This document shows, one piece after another, positions 11,252 to 22,426 of a stretch of DNA of 64,000 nt (its first letter is position 1; each line of letters starts with the position of its first letter). The notes beneath the pieces were generated by a model that was not told the DNA's origin, ran no database searches, and worked only from the letters and a program-made list of their open reading frames with translations. A program made the translations under genes and the position numbers. Origin of the DNA: Pelagomonas calceolata (Eukaryota); contig CAKKNE010000002.1 in NCBI GenBank assembly GCA_918797485.1, positions 1,426,001-1,490,000 of the forward strand, given 5' to 3'.

Positions 11252-13522
11252 TTAAGCCTTCTTGGAACAAGCCGCGATCCCTGTCGCCGCGTACGACGCG
11301 CCCCAGTCCGTCCCGTCAAACTTGCGCACCTCCACCGAAGACACGGTCCCCGGATCCAAACAGTGAACAGTAATCGCGACGCCGTCCGGATTGGATCGGG
11401 GATGGTAGAACGCCTGGACTCCACAAATCTTGCAAAAACGGTGCCGCGCGACCCCTGTACCGAAGCGGTACTCCGACAGGTTCTCCTCGCCCGCGTCCAG
11501 GAAGAAATCGGAGGCCGGAACAATGAAGTGCGTGTTCTTCTTCATGTGACAAATACTGCAGTTGCAGTCCCACGCCACGAGGTGGCGCGGCGCGCGGACG
11601 CGGAAGCGCACCGCTTTACAATGGCAGCCGCCCGCGTGTTCTACTACCTCCTCCTTGACCGCCGGGAGCTGATTTACGATCGCCGGCAGCGCCTTTGCTA
11701 CGCTCCGGACGCACGCCGCGGCGCTCGCCTCGGGCACGACGAGGACCAGCGCGTTCCCGACGATCGCCGCGGCGGGCGCCTCGAGCGCGTCGCCGGACGC
11801 GAGCGCCATGGCGCGCGCGAGGCCCGGCGCGCGGCGGTGCGCCGCGAGCGTCTTGGAAATGTGGGGCTCGCGCGGCGCGAGGCCGAGGCCGCCGCACGCG
11901 ACGACGACGGCCGCGTCCCGGGCGACGGCCTCGATCTCGTCAGCGCTGCGGATCGGCGGCCGCGTCGCGGCGCGCAGGCCCGTCGCGGCCGCGACGACGT
12001 CGGCGCCGGCCGCCGCCGCGGCGGCCCGCGCATCAGCTGGCTCCTCGCCGCCGACGATCGCGACCGCGACCACGACGCCGTCGATTGGTGGTGGTGGTGG
12101 TGGTGTCGTCGCCTCGACGCCCGAAGCGGAAGATAGGAACGGCGCGCCCGCGACCAACGGCGGCGGCGCCGCGATCAGGAGCCCGGGCACGGTCGTCCCC
12201 GCCGGTAATGATGATGTCGCCCCGGGCGCGACGAGGCGCGCGCGGCCCCGCTCGGGCAGGCACGCCAGCGCGTGCGCGCCGCGCATCGAGAGCAGCCGTG
12301 ACGACCGCTGGACGCCCGTCGACGCGGCGACGATTTCACCCGAATGGCGCACGCGGTACGGCTCGGCATTCCCATCACCGCCCCGCAGCGACAGCGCGAC
12401 GCGGTGGAATTCCGGCCGCACCGCGTCCAACGACACTGGAGCAGAGAGCGTCACCGGGAGTTCACATGGTGCGCAGTTTGACCGCGCCACGCCCTGGAGG
12501 CGCTTCAGGCAGGGCACGACGAGTAGCGACGCGGTAGTCAGCGCAGAGACAGGATTGCCCGGCAGCGCGAAGGCCCATCGTTTTTCGCCCTCGACTTCAT
12601 CAAAAAAAGAGCGTGAATCTAAGGTAGCAAAGGTCGTGGGCTTGCCGGGCTTCATGTGTAACCTTCCGAATCTCACTGAAGAGCGCCTCGCCCCCTCGAG
12701 CGCCTTCTTCGCAAAGTCCGCCCGGCCGACGCTGGCGCCGCCCGTCGTCACGACGACGTCGCACGTTCTCAAGGCGTCGCCCAACGCTTCGTTCCACGCG
12801 TCGAGGTCGTCGGGCAGGACGCCCCCGTCCTCGACGACCGCGTTGCCGCCAAAACTTGACCCGTCACTCAGCAAAGCAATAAGTCCCGCGCGGTTCGCGT
12901 CCTTGATCTGCCGCGTGGCGTCGAAGGGGCCCCTTACGTGCAGCTCCGCGCCGCTCGAGAAGACGCGGACGCGCGGCCTTCTGTTTACTATGATTGTATC
13001 GTGGCCCGCCGCCGCGATGATGGCGACGTCTGACGGAGTTAAAGGCGTCGATGCTGAGCAGAGCTCATCACCTAAAGCCCAGTCGCTGCCTACGGCTCGG
13101 ACGTCGGCGCCCGGCTTGAGTGCCGGCAAGGATACGTCAGCACCATTCCGAGCGCAGTGCTCCTGCTTCGCGACGGCGTCGGCGCCCTCTGGTAAAGGAG
13201 CGCCCGTCGTGATGTAGCGGCACGCGCCTCCGCCGAGCGGCGTCGCGCGCGTGCCGGCGAGCTGCCTGGCCCCGTCATCACTTAACGTCTGCTCGGCACC
13301 GGTCGCCGCGCAGCAGTAGCCGTCGCTGATCGCCGCGCGGAATTGTGGGAATGGCGCGGCCGCCTCTATTCTTTCGGCGAGGCAGCGCCGGAGCGCCGGC
13401 GCCGTCCCATGCTCCAGCAGCGGGACGTGTTCCGTCGGCAGCGGGGCCGTGTGCTCGAGAACTATTGAAAGCGCGTCGTCGACGGCGACCATGGGGTACT
13501 TGGCGCCGTCGTCGTCCTTCAT
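11252..13522 (-). CDS. CNX1: Molybdenum cofactor biosynthesis protein (MoeA/CNX1 E domain plus degenerate MogA/G-like domain) fused to a C-terminal GFA/CENP-V domain
   Basis: YPMVAVDDAL, PFPQFRAAISDGY, YITTGAPLPEGADAV, TTGGASVG, MKPGKPTTFA, ALPGNPVS, RPEFHR and QRSSRLLS. The frame continues to GGCHC...CNCSIC...HRFCKICGVQAFYHPRSNPDG. Confidence 0.85.
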   Translation of the reverse strand: MKDDDGAKYPMVAVDDALSIVLEHTAPLPTEHVPLLEHGTAPALRRCLAERIEAAAPFPQFRAAISDGYCCAATGAEQTLSDDGARQLAGTRATPLGGGACRYITTGAPLPEGADAVAKQEHCARNGADVSLPALKPGADVRAVGSDWALGDELCSASTPLTPSDVAIIAAAGHDTIIVNRRPRVRVFSSGAELHVRGPFDATRQIKDANRAGLIALLSDGSSFGGNAVVEDGGVLPDDLDAWNEALGDALRTCDVVVTTGGASVGRADFAKKALEGARRSSVRFGRLHMKPGKPTTFATLDSRSFFDEVEGEKRWAFALPGNPVSALTTASLLVVPCLKRLQGVARSNCAPCELPVTLSAPVSLDAVRPEFHRVALSLRGGDGNAEPYRVRHSGEIVAASTGVQRSSRLLSMRGAHALACLPERGRARLVAPGATSSLPAGTTVPGLLIAAPPPLVAGAPFLSSASGVEATTPPPPPPIDGVVVAVAIVGGEEPADARAAAAAAGADVVAAATGLRAATRPPIRSADEIEAVARDAAVVVACGGLGLAPREPHISKTLAAHRRAPGLARAMALASGDALEAPAAAIVGNALVLVVPEASAAACVRSVAKALPAIVNQLPAVKEEVVEHAGGCHCKAVRFRVRAPRHLVAWDCNCSICHMKKNTHFIVPASDFFLDAGEENLSEYRFGTGVARHRFCKICGVQAFYHPRSNPDGVAITVHCLDPGTVSSVEVRKFDGTDWGASYAATGIAACSKKA

Positions 13523-13855
13523 GGCGGCAGTGCTTTGTCTCAGCAGTGTTTGCGTGCGCGGGTGCGCGTCCGAGACGTCTTGTGCCGTACTTGCAGTGCC
13601 TTTTGAGCACGCGTGCGGCCTATTCACCACGCGTTCGTGCAGCGGCGCTTGGAATTGCTCACGAGTTTTTGGGAGAGCCTGCAGCAGAGGAGCGAGGTGA
13701 ATGCCTCTTGCCTCGCGCACTGCCTTACACAGACGTTGAGATAGCTCAAAGTGCGCAGTCTCACCGCATCGATCGAAGGAGAGCGTTGCAAGCGCAGCCA
13801 CTCGCGCGCGGCAGCCGGCACAGCCACACAAGCCTTGCACAAGCATTGCAGGCGA

Positions 13856-16036
13856 ATGGCCGCCGTCGTCGAGCGCGTGCTGGCGGGCCTCGACGAGGAC
13901 CTGCTCGAGTACGTGACGGGCCTCTGCGAAGACACGGACGACGACAGCGACCTCGCCGAGGCGGTGGCGGCCTTCTGTTTGTCGAGTGAGCTCTGCGAGG
14001 AGGAGGACGACGCGGAAGCGAAGGCCCAGGAATTGCTAAAGGCGTTAGGACGAGGCGCCTCGAAACCTGTGGAAGCGCCGAAGCCGCCCTCACCCAAGGC
14101 ACAAAAACCGCGGGCGCCGAGCGCCGCGCTGGCGGCCGCGAAGAGCGTCTTTACAGAGGCGCCGAAGCCGCCCGTGGCACCCGTACAACAAACGACGCGC
14201 GCACCAGTCAAAGAGAAGAAGCCGAAAAAAGCACCGAAAAGAGTAGATGATAAAAATTCGGTAGCGAACAAAAAAATGCGCCTCGAGGCGGAGATGGAGG
14301 CGGCCCGGATCAAAGCTTGCCGGGCGCGGTGGGCTCAAGGAGCGCATAAAGGTGCTATTGAGGCCAAAAATTTTTCTCTGCCGAATCCTGGGGGAGGTGT
14401 CGACCTCGTCGAGGACGCGGCCTTTACATTAGTGAGAGGCCGGAGGTACGCTCTGGTCGGTCGCAATGGTAAAGGCAAATCCACACTGCTCCAAGCCGTC
14501 GCCGCGCGGAGAGTTGGTTCTGTTCCAGAGGCGTGCGCCGTGCACTATGTACATCAAGACATTCAACTAAGTAAGGAGCAGGAGGAATTGAGGCCCGTCG
14601 ATCTCGTATTGGCGGCGGACGTCGAACGACGCGTACTACTGTCAGATCGGGAGGTCATTAATTCAAAACTGAAAGACGCCTCACCGTCCGAAGCGGCTAC
14701 GCTAACGAAGGACCTGCAGAAGACGCTGGAGAGATTAGAGACCTGCGAGGCCGATAGTGCTGCTCGTAGAGCCGATGAGTTGCTGCAGAACCTGGGATTC
14801 TCCGAGGCGCTACGTAAGAGGAAGATGCGCGAATTGAGCGGAGGCTGGCGCGTGCGCACGTTTCTCGCGTCGGCGTTGTTCGCGAGGCCCGACGTGTTGT
14901 TGTTAGATGAGCCTACGAATCATTTGTCCATTGCTGCCGTGTTGTGGCTCGCACGCGAGTTAACCACCTCCGAAGTTTGGAGTGATAGAGTCGTCGTATG
15001 TGTCAGTCATGATCGAACGTTCCTCGAAGACGTTTGTGGGGATGTGCTCCACATCTCGGGCCACTGCCGACGTTTGACCCAAACGCATGGGGACTACGCG
15101 ACCTGGCGCGCTCGTAGGGCCGAGAAGTTAATAACGTGGCAAAGACAGCAAAGAAAACAAGAGGCCGAGGTCGAGAAACTGAAGGAGTACGCCGGCCACG
15201 GCTTTCGCTACGGCGGGTCGCAGTCGCAGATCAACAAGATGAAGATGAAGGCTAAACAGGCCGATAAAGTCCAGGAGCAGATCGATGCCGACGCGGACGA
15301 GGCCCAGGATCTCCTCGAGGACCAGGAACTACCTTTAGAATTACAGTGCGGCGGGCACATTCCCGGCAATCTCATCGCGCTGAAGGACGTCGGGTTCCAC
15401 TATCCGAACGGCGAGTGGTTGTTTCGTAATGCTGAATTAGGCGTTGATGGGAAGTCTAGGATCGTGTTCCTGGGAGAGAACGGCAACGGCAAGACTACTT
15501 TAGTGAAATTATTAACTGGTAGCCTGGAACCGGTCGAGGGCGAGTGCAAGCGGTCCCCGGGCGTTCGTATCTCGTTGGTGAATCAACACCACGCCGACCA
15601 GTTGGACCTGCGAAAGACACCCCTACAATTTATGTTGGATAAGTTCCCAGGAAACGGGAGCAACGAACACGAACTGAAGCTGAGATCCCACCTCGCGAAA
15701 TGTGGCGTCACCGGCGGCGAGCCTGATTTACAAAATATTCCGGCGGCGGCTTTATCGGGAGGGCAACGTTCAAGAGTCGCATTGGCTGCTGTCAGCTATA
15801 CGGCGCCCCACGTCCTGGTCATGGACGAGCCGACGAACAATTTGGACCTGGAGTCTGTGGCAGCTTTGGCTGATTGCGTGCGCGGGTTCAAGGGCGCCGT
15901 GGTCGTGGTCTCGCACGACCAGTTCTTCGTCAACGCCGTCTGTGACGAGGCCTGGGTCGTGAACCACGGCAAGGTGAAGCGGGCGGCGTCCTTCGCAGCG
16001 TACGTCGAGCGGCAGGTGCGCAAGCTCGAGCGGTAG
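13856..16036 (+). CDS. ABC-F family ATPase (GCN20/ABCF3-like)
   Basis: Two ABC cassettes (GRNGKGKST/LSGGW/LLLDEPTNHL and GENGNGKTT/LSGGQ/MDEPTNNLD), no TM segments. Confidence 0.9.
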   Translation: MAAVVERVLAGLDEDLLEYVTGLCEDTDDDSDLAEAVAAFCLSSELCEEEDDAEAKAQELLKALGRGASKPVEAPKPPSPKAQKPRAPSAALAAAKSVFTEAPKPPVAPVQQTTRAPVKEKKPKKAPKRVDDKNSVANKKMRLEAEMEAARIKACRARWAQGAHKGAIEAKNFSLPNPGGGVDLVEDAAFTLVRGRRYALVGRNGKGKSTLLQAVAARRVGSVPEACAVHYVHQDIQLSKEQEELRPVDLVLAADVERRVLLSDREVINSKLKDASPSEAATLTKDLQKTLERLETCEADSAARRADELLQNLGFSEALRKRKMRELSGGWRVRTFLASALFARPDVLLLDEPTNHLSIAAVLWLARELTTSEVWSDRVVVCVSHDRTFLEDVCGDVLHISGHCRRLTQTHGDYATWRARRAEKLITWQRQQRKQEAEVEKLKEYAGHGFRYGGSQSQINKMKMKAKQADKVQEQIDADADEAQDLLEDQELPLELQCGGHIPGNLIALKDVGFHYPNGEWLFRNAELGVDGKSRIVFLGENGNGKTTLVKLLTGSLEPVEGECKRSPGVRISLVNQHHADQLDLRKTPLQFMLDKFPGNGSNEHELKLRSHLAKCGVTGGEPDLQNIPAAALSGGQRSRVALAAVSYTAPHVLVMDEPTNNLDLESVAALADCVRGFKGAVVVVSHDQFFVNAVCDEAWVVNHGKVKRAASFAAYVERQVRKLER

Positions 16037-16339
16037 CGTCTTCGTCGCGCGCGTCGATGGCGCCTCGCCGCGGCGTCGCCGCCGCGTTTTCTAACTTTAG
16101 TAGTGTGAGCTTTCCTTCTACGTACGCGGCCCGGGGAAGTAGTCAGTTAAGGTCAAGGCGATGTTTACAGTTCACTACAGGTCTTTTTTGTGCACGGTGG
16201 GGCAGCGGCGGTGGGGATATATGGACAGGTCGCCGCGGCAGGCTAGTGAAGGTGGTGGCGGGGGAAGGGCCGTGCGTGGATAGGTATGTACAGGTCGACG
16301 CATCACGGACGTCGGAGAAAAGCAAATTTCAGAGAGCAG

Positions 16340-18999
16340 CTAGGACACGGCGCAGGAGCCGTTCGACCGGTCCATCGACACGTTCATCGGGTCGCGGTCG
16401 CGGCTGCCGCGCGCCGGCGGGTTGAAGTGCAGGCCGCCGGTTTGTGGTGCGGGCGCGACCTTGGGACTTCGGATCGTCGAGAAGGAGAGGCTCCGCCGGA
16501 TCGAACTGGAGGAGGGCGACGGTGACGCGGTCAGCGACGAGCGCGACCGTGACCGCGAGACGCTGTTGCTAAGCGAGTCGGGCGTGTCAATCAGGGACGA
16601 CGCGCTCCGCCGGTTCACTGCGCCGACGCGCTTCAGGAACGCGACCTGTGTGGAAATCAAATTGTCGCGGTGCGTCTCCGCCACTGCTGAATCATGGCCT
16701 CCACGCCATCGACGCGACGTCAGCACGACAGCGTGGCGATTTCCACACAGAACGCGACCGTCTCGGTGTGCTCGCCGGCCTCGGCGTCCCTCAAAGGCGT
16801 GCCGCGCCACCGGTCGACGGCGTTGACATCCGCACCCCTGGCGACGAGATACTTAACCGCAGCGAGGTGCCCTTCGGCGGCTCCAAGGTGCAAGGCAGTT
16901 CTGTTGTCGTAGTCTGTGTGTGGAAATCAACCAGTGAGTCGGGTTTGAGGGACCCGTCGCAGCCGAGCAGGCGTCGCGTCGATGGCGTGAGGTTATGATT
17001 CAGCCGTAGGCGAGAAGCGCCGCGAAATTTGATTTCTTCACAGGGCGGCACCACCACGACACACTTCCGCGCCCGCGTCGAGCAGCTCCCGCAGCTTGAC
17101 GACGTCGCCGTTCCTGGCAGCGTCGCAGAGCTTCCCGGTCATGTCCACGAGATCGTCGGGAGACGGCACACTCTCGTCCTCGACGCGCGACGGCCTCCGA
17201 ATCGCGCCGTTCCTCTCGAGATACTCCACGACGGATCGATGGCCACCAGCCTCGGCGTCACGAATCGGCGTGCCACCCCAGCGGTCATTTTTATTGACCT
17301 CGGCGCCGTGGCACACTAGAAACTCGACCTGTGTGGAAATCAACCAGTGTGTCGGGTGTCGGGTGCACTCGATAATTCTTCACTAAGTCATTTCTCGGCG
17401 ATGACGTGGCCGCGCTGGCTCCGTCGAGCGGTGAGGAACCGACATCGCCACGCCATCGAGCAGGCGTCGCGTCGATGGCGTGGAGGTCGACGCGGCGATT
17501 CAGGACGATGGCGCCGTAAATTTGATTTCCACACGGAATCCGACGGCATCTAAATGCCCCTCGGCCGCTGCCAAGTGTAGTGCAGTGCGGTTGTCGTAGT
17601 CTGTGTGGAAATCAACCAGTGAGTTAGGTTATCATCGAGCCGACGCGGTCGCGGAGACAGCATCGGATCGATGGCGTGGGGCGCCCGAAATTTGATTTCC
17701 ACACGGGACGGAACCTCCAGTCGTGACCTCGGCCCCTTCCGCTATTAATTCGCGCAGCTCCGCGCAATCACCTCTAGTAGCGGCCTCGCAGAGCTTGCCC
17801 ACTAATTCAGCTTTAGCTCGAGGATCGACGCGAGAATAAGCCGCGAACTCGTCGAAGGCCTTCAGGTCCTCCTTCGACGCCTGCCGGCCGTACGACCCGG
17901 GCCCCATGGCCTGGACGGCCGCGTCGGGCTTGAACGGGGGCTCACTTCTTTTCGACTCGAGCTTCGGCCAGTCTATACTAGCTAAAAAAGCATGACTTCG
18001 CAACGCTTGCGGGCCGTTCTCACCGCAGCCCAACCTCTTATCGACGTCGCGCTGCAACAACCCCAGGCAAAACTCACGAGATGAATCCGACAGCCGCAGA
18101 TGCGACAGGTCCGCGCCCTTCGAGATCTTCTCCATCAACTCCGGCATATCCCGCGCGACGAACGGCGGCCGCCCCGTGAGCATCTCCACCGTGAGACAAC
18201 CGAGGGTCCACCAGTCGACGCTTCGCCCATAGGGCGTCTTGGCCACGACCTCCGGCGCTAAATACAGCGGCGTCCCGCAGAACGTCTCGGTCTTCACGAT
18301 CGAGTGCCGAAAGGTCTGGCGAAACGACTGGGCCATCTGCTTCTGGGCCCTTTTTCTTGCCTTGCCTTCGTCTTCGAGCCTCAACGTCTTCGCGAGGCCG
18401 AAATCAGCTAGTACCACATACCCGTCCAAGCCTAACAAAACGTTCTCCGGCTTGAGGTCGCGGTAGACCACGCCGTACGAATGCAGATACGCAAAAGCCG
18501 CGACTAATTGGGCCGCGTAGAACCTTCCTACTTCCTCGGCTAGCGTCCCTCGCGCCGTTATTAATTGGTATAAAGTACCACCACCGACGTAGTTCGTCAC
18601 GAGGTACAACCGAAACTCGTCCTGGAAGGCGTGCTGCAGCGTGAGGATGAAGGGATGCTTCAGTTGCTGCAGGATCTTGTTCTCATCCAGTATATGTCTT
18701 ATTGCTGTAGAGCCACAAGCTAAGATCTTGTCCTTGCGGACGGCCTTGATGGCGTGCAATGAATCGGTGCGCTTCTTCCGCGCGAGCACGACTTTCCCGA
18801 AGGCGCCCTCGGCGATCTTCGAGAGTACCACAAACGACTCTAAATTAAGATCTCGCCCTTCGTCTCGCGACAGGTGCGCGAAATTCTTGCCCAGCGCATC
18901 GGGCTTCGCCGGCAGGCCTAGATCATCATCAAAGACGTCGTTGCTGCCCGACGCCGACGCGCGGACGTCGCTTACATCAGTGTGCCCGGACGAGTCCAT
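16340..18999 (-). CDS. AGC-family Ser/Thr kinase with two C-terminal ankyrin modules (introns 17601-17714, 17329-17544, 16914-17051, 16646-16758)
   Basis: EGAFGKV, HAIK, YRDLKPEN, DFG, TFCGTPLYLAPE, DWW and PPFKP. After splicing, GDYDNRTALHL(A/G)AAEGHL...DRW(G/R)GTP occurs twice. Confidence 0.85.
16646..16750. mobile_element. Introner (non-autonomous TIR element forming an intron)
   Basis: CTGTGTGGAAATC...GATTTCCACACAG with perfect 8-bp TSD AACGCGAC (16638-16645 and 16751-16758). Confidence 0.9.
16914..17043. mobile_element. Introner, degenerate
   Basis: CTGTGTGTGGAAATC...GATTTCTTCACAG; splicing restores G-D-Y-D. Confidence 0.8.
17329..17536. mobile_element. Introner, ~205-bp subfamily, inverted relative to the copies at 46802 and 56599
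   Basis: TIRs present; TSD AACTCGAC/AATCCGAC (6/8); internal sequence aligns by eye to the reverse complement of 46802-47003. Confidence 0.88.
17601..17706. mobile_element. Introner
   Basis: CTGTGTGGAAATC...GATTTCCACACGG; splicing restores G-D-Y-D. Confidence 0.82.
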
Positions 19000-19705
19000 G
19001 GCCTCGCCGCCGCCGCGTCCTTCTGCAGCTCGCGCTCGAGGTCCGCGCCCTCGGTCGCCGCCGCCAGGTCTTGGCGCGACTACTCCGTGCGCGATGCCAG
19101 CTACGGGGCGCGCATCGCGGAGTTGCCCGTGTTTAGATTAACGTGGAGCGAGAGGGGAGCTCCACGGAGACGCTCTGCGGTAGCGGCTAGTTGGTGCAGG
19201 GAGCAGCAAGACAGGCTAGGGGTGCTGGTGGTGCAGGGAGAGCCGCAGGTGGCTGACGTGTGGTGCAGGGACTGGCGTGTGGTGGATGGGAAAGGGCTGC
19301 CGCTGCGGTGCCTGCGCGCCTCTCGGCACACGAAATGGAGCCGACGCGGAGGGCCTTATTCACTGCACTTTGCACCTAAGAGCATTTTTACCTTTCTCGT
19401 TTGAGGCGTCGCGGCGCCCGGGCGGGGAGCGCTCGGGCCCCGGGCGACGGATCCTATTTTTTTGCACTAGGCTGCTTCACCCTCAACCGCCGCCATTTTT
19501 GTGTGCCGGAGAGCGTTGAGTTAAACGCGCCGTGCCCGAGCGAGCGCAACCGAGGCTGCCTCTGCGCCGCGGCAGGTCGCCCGGTGCCTTCCGCCGCCGA
19601 TAGGCAGCTCCGCGCCTGCGCCAGCGAGTCGGGCGAGTGGAGCCAAGCCACACCCAGACTCTTTGCATCTTGCATTAGCTGGAACGAGCTGAAACGCACC
19701 GCACC

Positions 19706-22272
19706 ATGGACGTCACGCGCTCCGTCGCCTCGCCGAGCGACGACATCAAGAAGGCCGCGGTCTTCGAGAAGGACGCGCTCCTCAGCGCGCAGACGATGAT
19801 CTACGACGACGGCGAGATGAAGAAGACGCTGCCGGGCGACGTCTACGAGCGCTTCAAGGCGGCCCTCGTCGACGGCGGCGCCACCAGTGATGAGGACCAG
19901 GAGGCTATTTCCAAAGCATTGTACGCGTGGGCGCGCGAGCGCGGCGCGACGGACTACGCGCACTGGTTCTTCCCCATGCGCGGCGGCTCGGGCGCCACGG
20001 GCGGCATGCGCGTGCCCCGCGTCCAAACGTCGAGATCGCGTCGATGGCGTAGGGGTGGCGCCAGACGCCATCGACGCGACACCACAAACGCACAGGCTCG
20101 GCGCGTTGAAATGTGACGCCTTCATCGACCTCGACTGGTCGTCGGACGCGGCGAACAAGCCCTTCAAGACGCTGTTTCCGTCGGGCCGCCTCCTGTGTAG
20201 AAATCAACCGGTGCGTCGGGTGCGTGACGACGCGGCGATTCAGCACGGACGCGCCGTAACATTTTGATTTCCACACAGGCCGCCTCTACACGGGCGAGAC
20301 GGACGGGTCGTCCTTCCCGAACGGCGGGCTGCGCGCGACGCACACGGCCGCGGCCTTCACGTCGTGGGACCGCAGTTCGCCCTGCTTCGTCTACGACAAG
20401 GTCCTGCGCATCCCGTGCGCGTTCGTGACGCACTACGGTCGAGCCATCGACGACAAGACGCCTTTACTCAGATCGCAGGACGCCGTCGCGCGCGAGGGCC
20501 TCCGGCTCCTCAAGGCCTGCGGCGTCGAAAAGGAGGCCTCGACGATGTACGCTTACTTGGGCTGGGAGCAGGAGTTCTTCGTCGTGAGCGCGGACCTCTA
20601 CAAGAAGCGGCCGGATTTGGTGAACGCGGGCCGCACGCTCTTCGGCCGGCTGCTGTGTGGAAATCAACGAGTGAGTGAGGTTACTCCGCGCCATGGAGCA
20701 GACGCAGTTATGCGGACAACATCGCGCCGATGGCGTGGAACCTCCACGTCATCGAGCAGACCCACTCACGGAGATATCTTGGCGTCGATGGCGTGGGGCG
20801 CCTGAATTTTGATTTACACACAGGCCGGCTCCCGCCGCGCCACCAGTCCGGCGACTTGAATTATTTCGGGGCGACGCCGGGGCCGGTCGAGGATTTACTC
20901 ATAGCCGTCCAGACGGAGATGATGCGCATGGGCTCGCCCATGGTTTGTGCGCTGTGTGGAAATCAACCAGTGAAATCGAGCAGAAAGTTTGATTCCCGCG
21001 CAGGTCGTCCGCCACAACGAGGTGGCTCCCGGCCAGCACGAGATGTCGCCGATCTTCTGCGTGGCCAACGCGTCCTGCGACAGCAACGTGCTGTTCATGG
21101 AGGTCTGCGCCAAGGAGTCTCAAAAAAGGGGGCTCGCCGTGCTCTTCCACGAGAAGCCGTTCGCGGGCATTAACGGCAACGGCAAGCACGCGAACTGGTC
21201 CGTGGGCACGGATACCGGTTTAAATTTCTTCTACCCGAAGACGTATGGCGATGAACGCGACACGATCTACACGACGGCGCTCGCTTGTTTGAGTCACGGG
21301 CTGCTCGAGTACAACGAGCTCGTAAGGTGCTCCGTCGCGCACGCGGGCAACGACCATAGATTAGGAGCCCAGGAGGCGCCGCCGGCGATCATTTCGCTCT
21401 ACCCGGGCACGGGCTTCGAGGCCCACGTCGACAAATTGATCGGTGGCGAGGGCGAGCTCGCAGATTACAAGCCCGAAAAAGGCAAGGCCGACCCGCGGTG
21501 CCGCGCCGCGGCGGCCGTCGAGGCCAATGTAGAAGATCGCAACCGGACGGCGCCCTTCCCGTTCTGCGGCAACCGTTTTGAATTTCGCGCGTGTGGGAGT
21601 TCCCAGAACTGCGCCCTGCCCATGACGGTCTGCAACACGCTCATGGCCGCCGGCATGGCCAAGGTCGCGTCATTGATTGAGGGCGGCGCGTCCCAAAAAG
21701 ACGCCGTCGTCGAAACGCTCAAGGCGGCGCGCCAGGTCATCTTCACGGGCAACGGCTACGGCGAGGAGTGGCCCATCGAAGCTAAGGAGAGGGGCCTGCC
21801 CAACCTGAAGACCACGCCGGAGGCGACGGCGGCGTTCGCCTCCGAGAAGAACGTGGCCGTCTTCGAGGCCATGGGCGTCTACGCCCCCGACGAGACGCAC
21901 GCGCGGGCGGAGGTCTTATATGAGAACTACACGAACACTCTGAGCGTGGAGATCGAGACCATGGTCGCCATGGCCAAGACCGGGTTTCTCCCGGCCTGCG
22001 CCAAGGACCTGGCGCTCTACGCGGCGGCGCCGTCCTTGGCAGGGGACAAGGCCGAGCTTTATGGGAAGATCAAGACGGCCTGCGCCGATTTAGAAGAGAC
22101 GTTCGCCGCGAAGCCCGCCGACCTCGCGGCCGAGGCCACGTACCTCTGCGACGTCTGCAAGCCCAAGATGGACGCGCTGCGCGCGGCCGTCGATGCGGCC
22201 GAGGCCGAGATGGACGCCGCGCTCTACCCGTACCCGACCTACGAGGCTTTGGTGTATGGCCACCACTTCTAG
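19706..22272 (+). CDS. glnN: Glutamine synthetase type III (introns 20008-20095, 20185-20278, 20645-20823, 20943-21003)
   Basis: The spliced product has GATDYAHWFFP, GETDGSSFPNGGLRATHTA, GWEQEFF, HNEVAPGQHE, HEKPFAGINGNGKH, GNDHRLGAQEAPP and DRNRTAPFPFCGNRFEFRA. All four junctions keep frame. Confidence 0.93.
20193..20278. mobile_element. Introner
   Basis: CTGTGTAGAAATC...GATTTCCACACAG; perfect TSD GCCGCCTC (20185-20192 and 20279-20286); GC donor lies in the TSD. Confidence 0.9.
20653..20823. mobile_element. Introner
   Basis: TIRs; TSD GCCGGCTG/GCCGGCTC (7/8). Confidence 0.88.
20952..21003. mobile_element. Short degenerate introner
   Basis: CTGTGTGGAAATC...GATTCCCGCGCAG; splicing yields PMVVRHNE. 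Confidence 0.75.
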
Positions 22273-22326
22273 TACATGTTCCCCCCCGCCTGTGTGCATA
22301 GCCCCCCTGTATCATAACTACATGTC

Positions 22327-22393
22327 TTAAATGGCGTAGCAGCGCCCTTCACCACTCCACTGCGGCCAGGGCCCCTTCACCTTGGGTTCAGGA

Positions 22394-22426
<33 letters not shown>

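Noticed and set aside
11363..13217. Long + strand ORFs (257, 280 and 469 aa)
   Set aside because: Antisense shadows of the GC-rich CNX1 gene with low-complexity Arg/Ala content.
435..22272. Bacterial origin or operon suggested by mnmG, moeA and GSIII
   Set aside because: Spliceosomal introns, eL32, HSF, UTP4, TTLL and targeting peptides show a eukaryotic nuclear locus.
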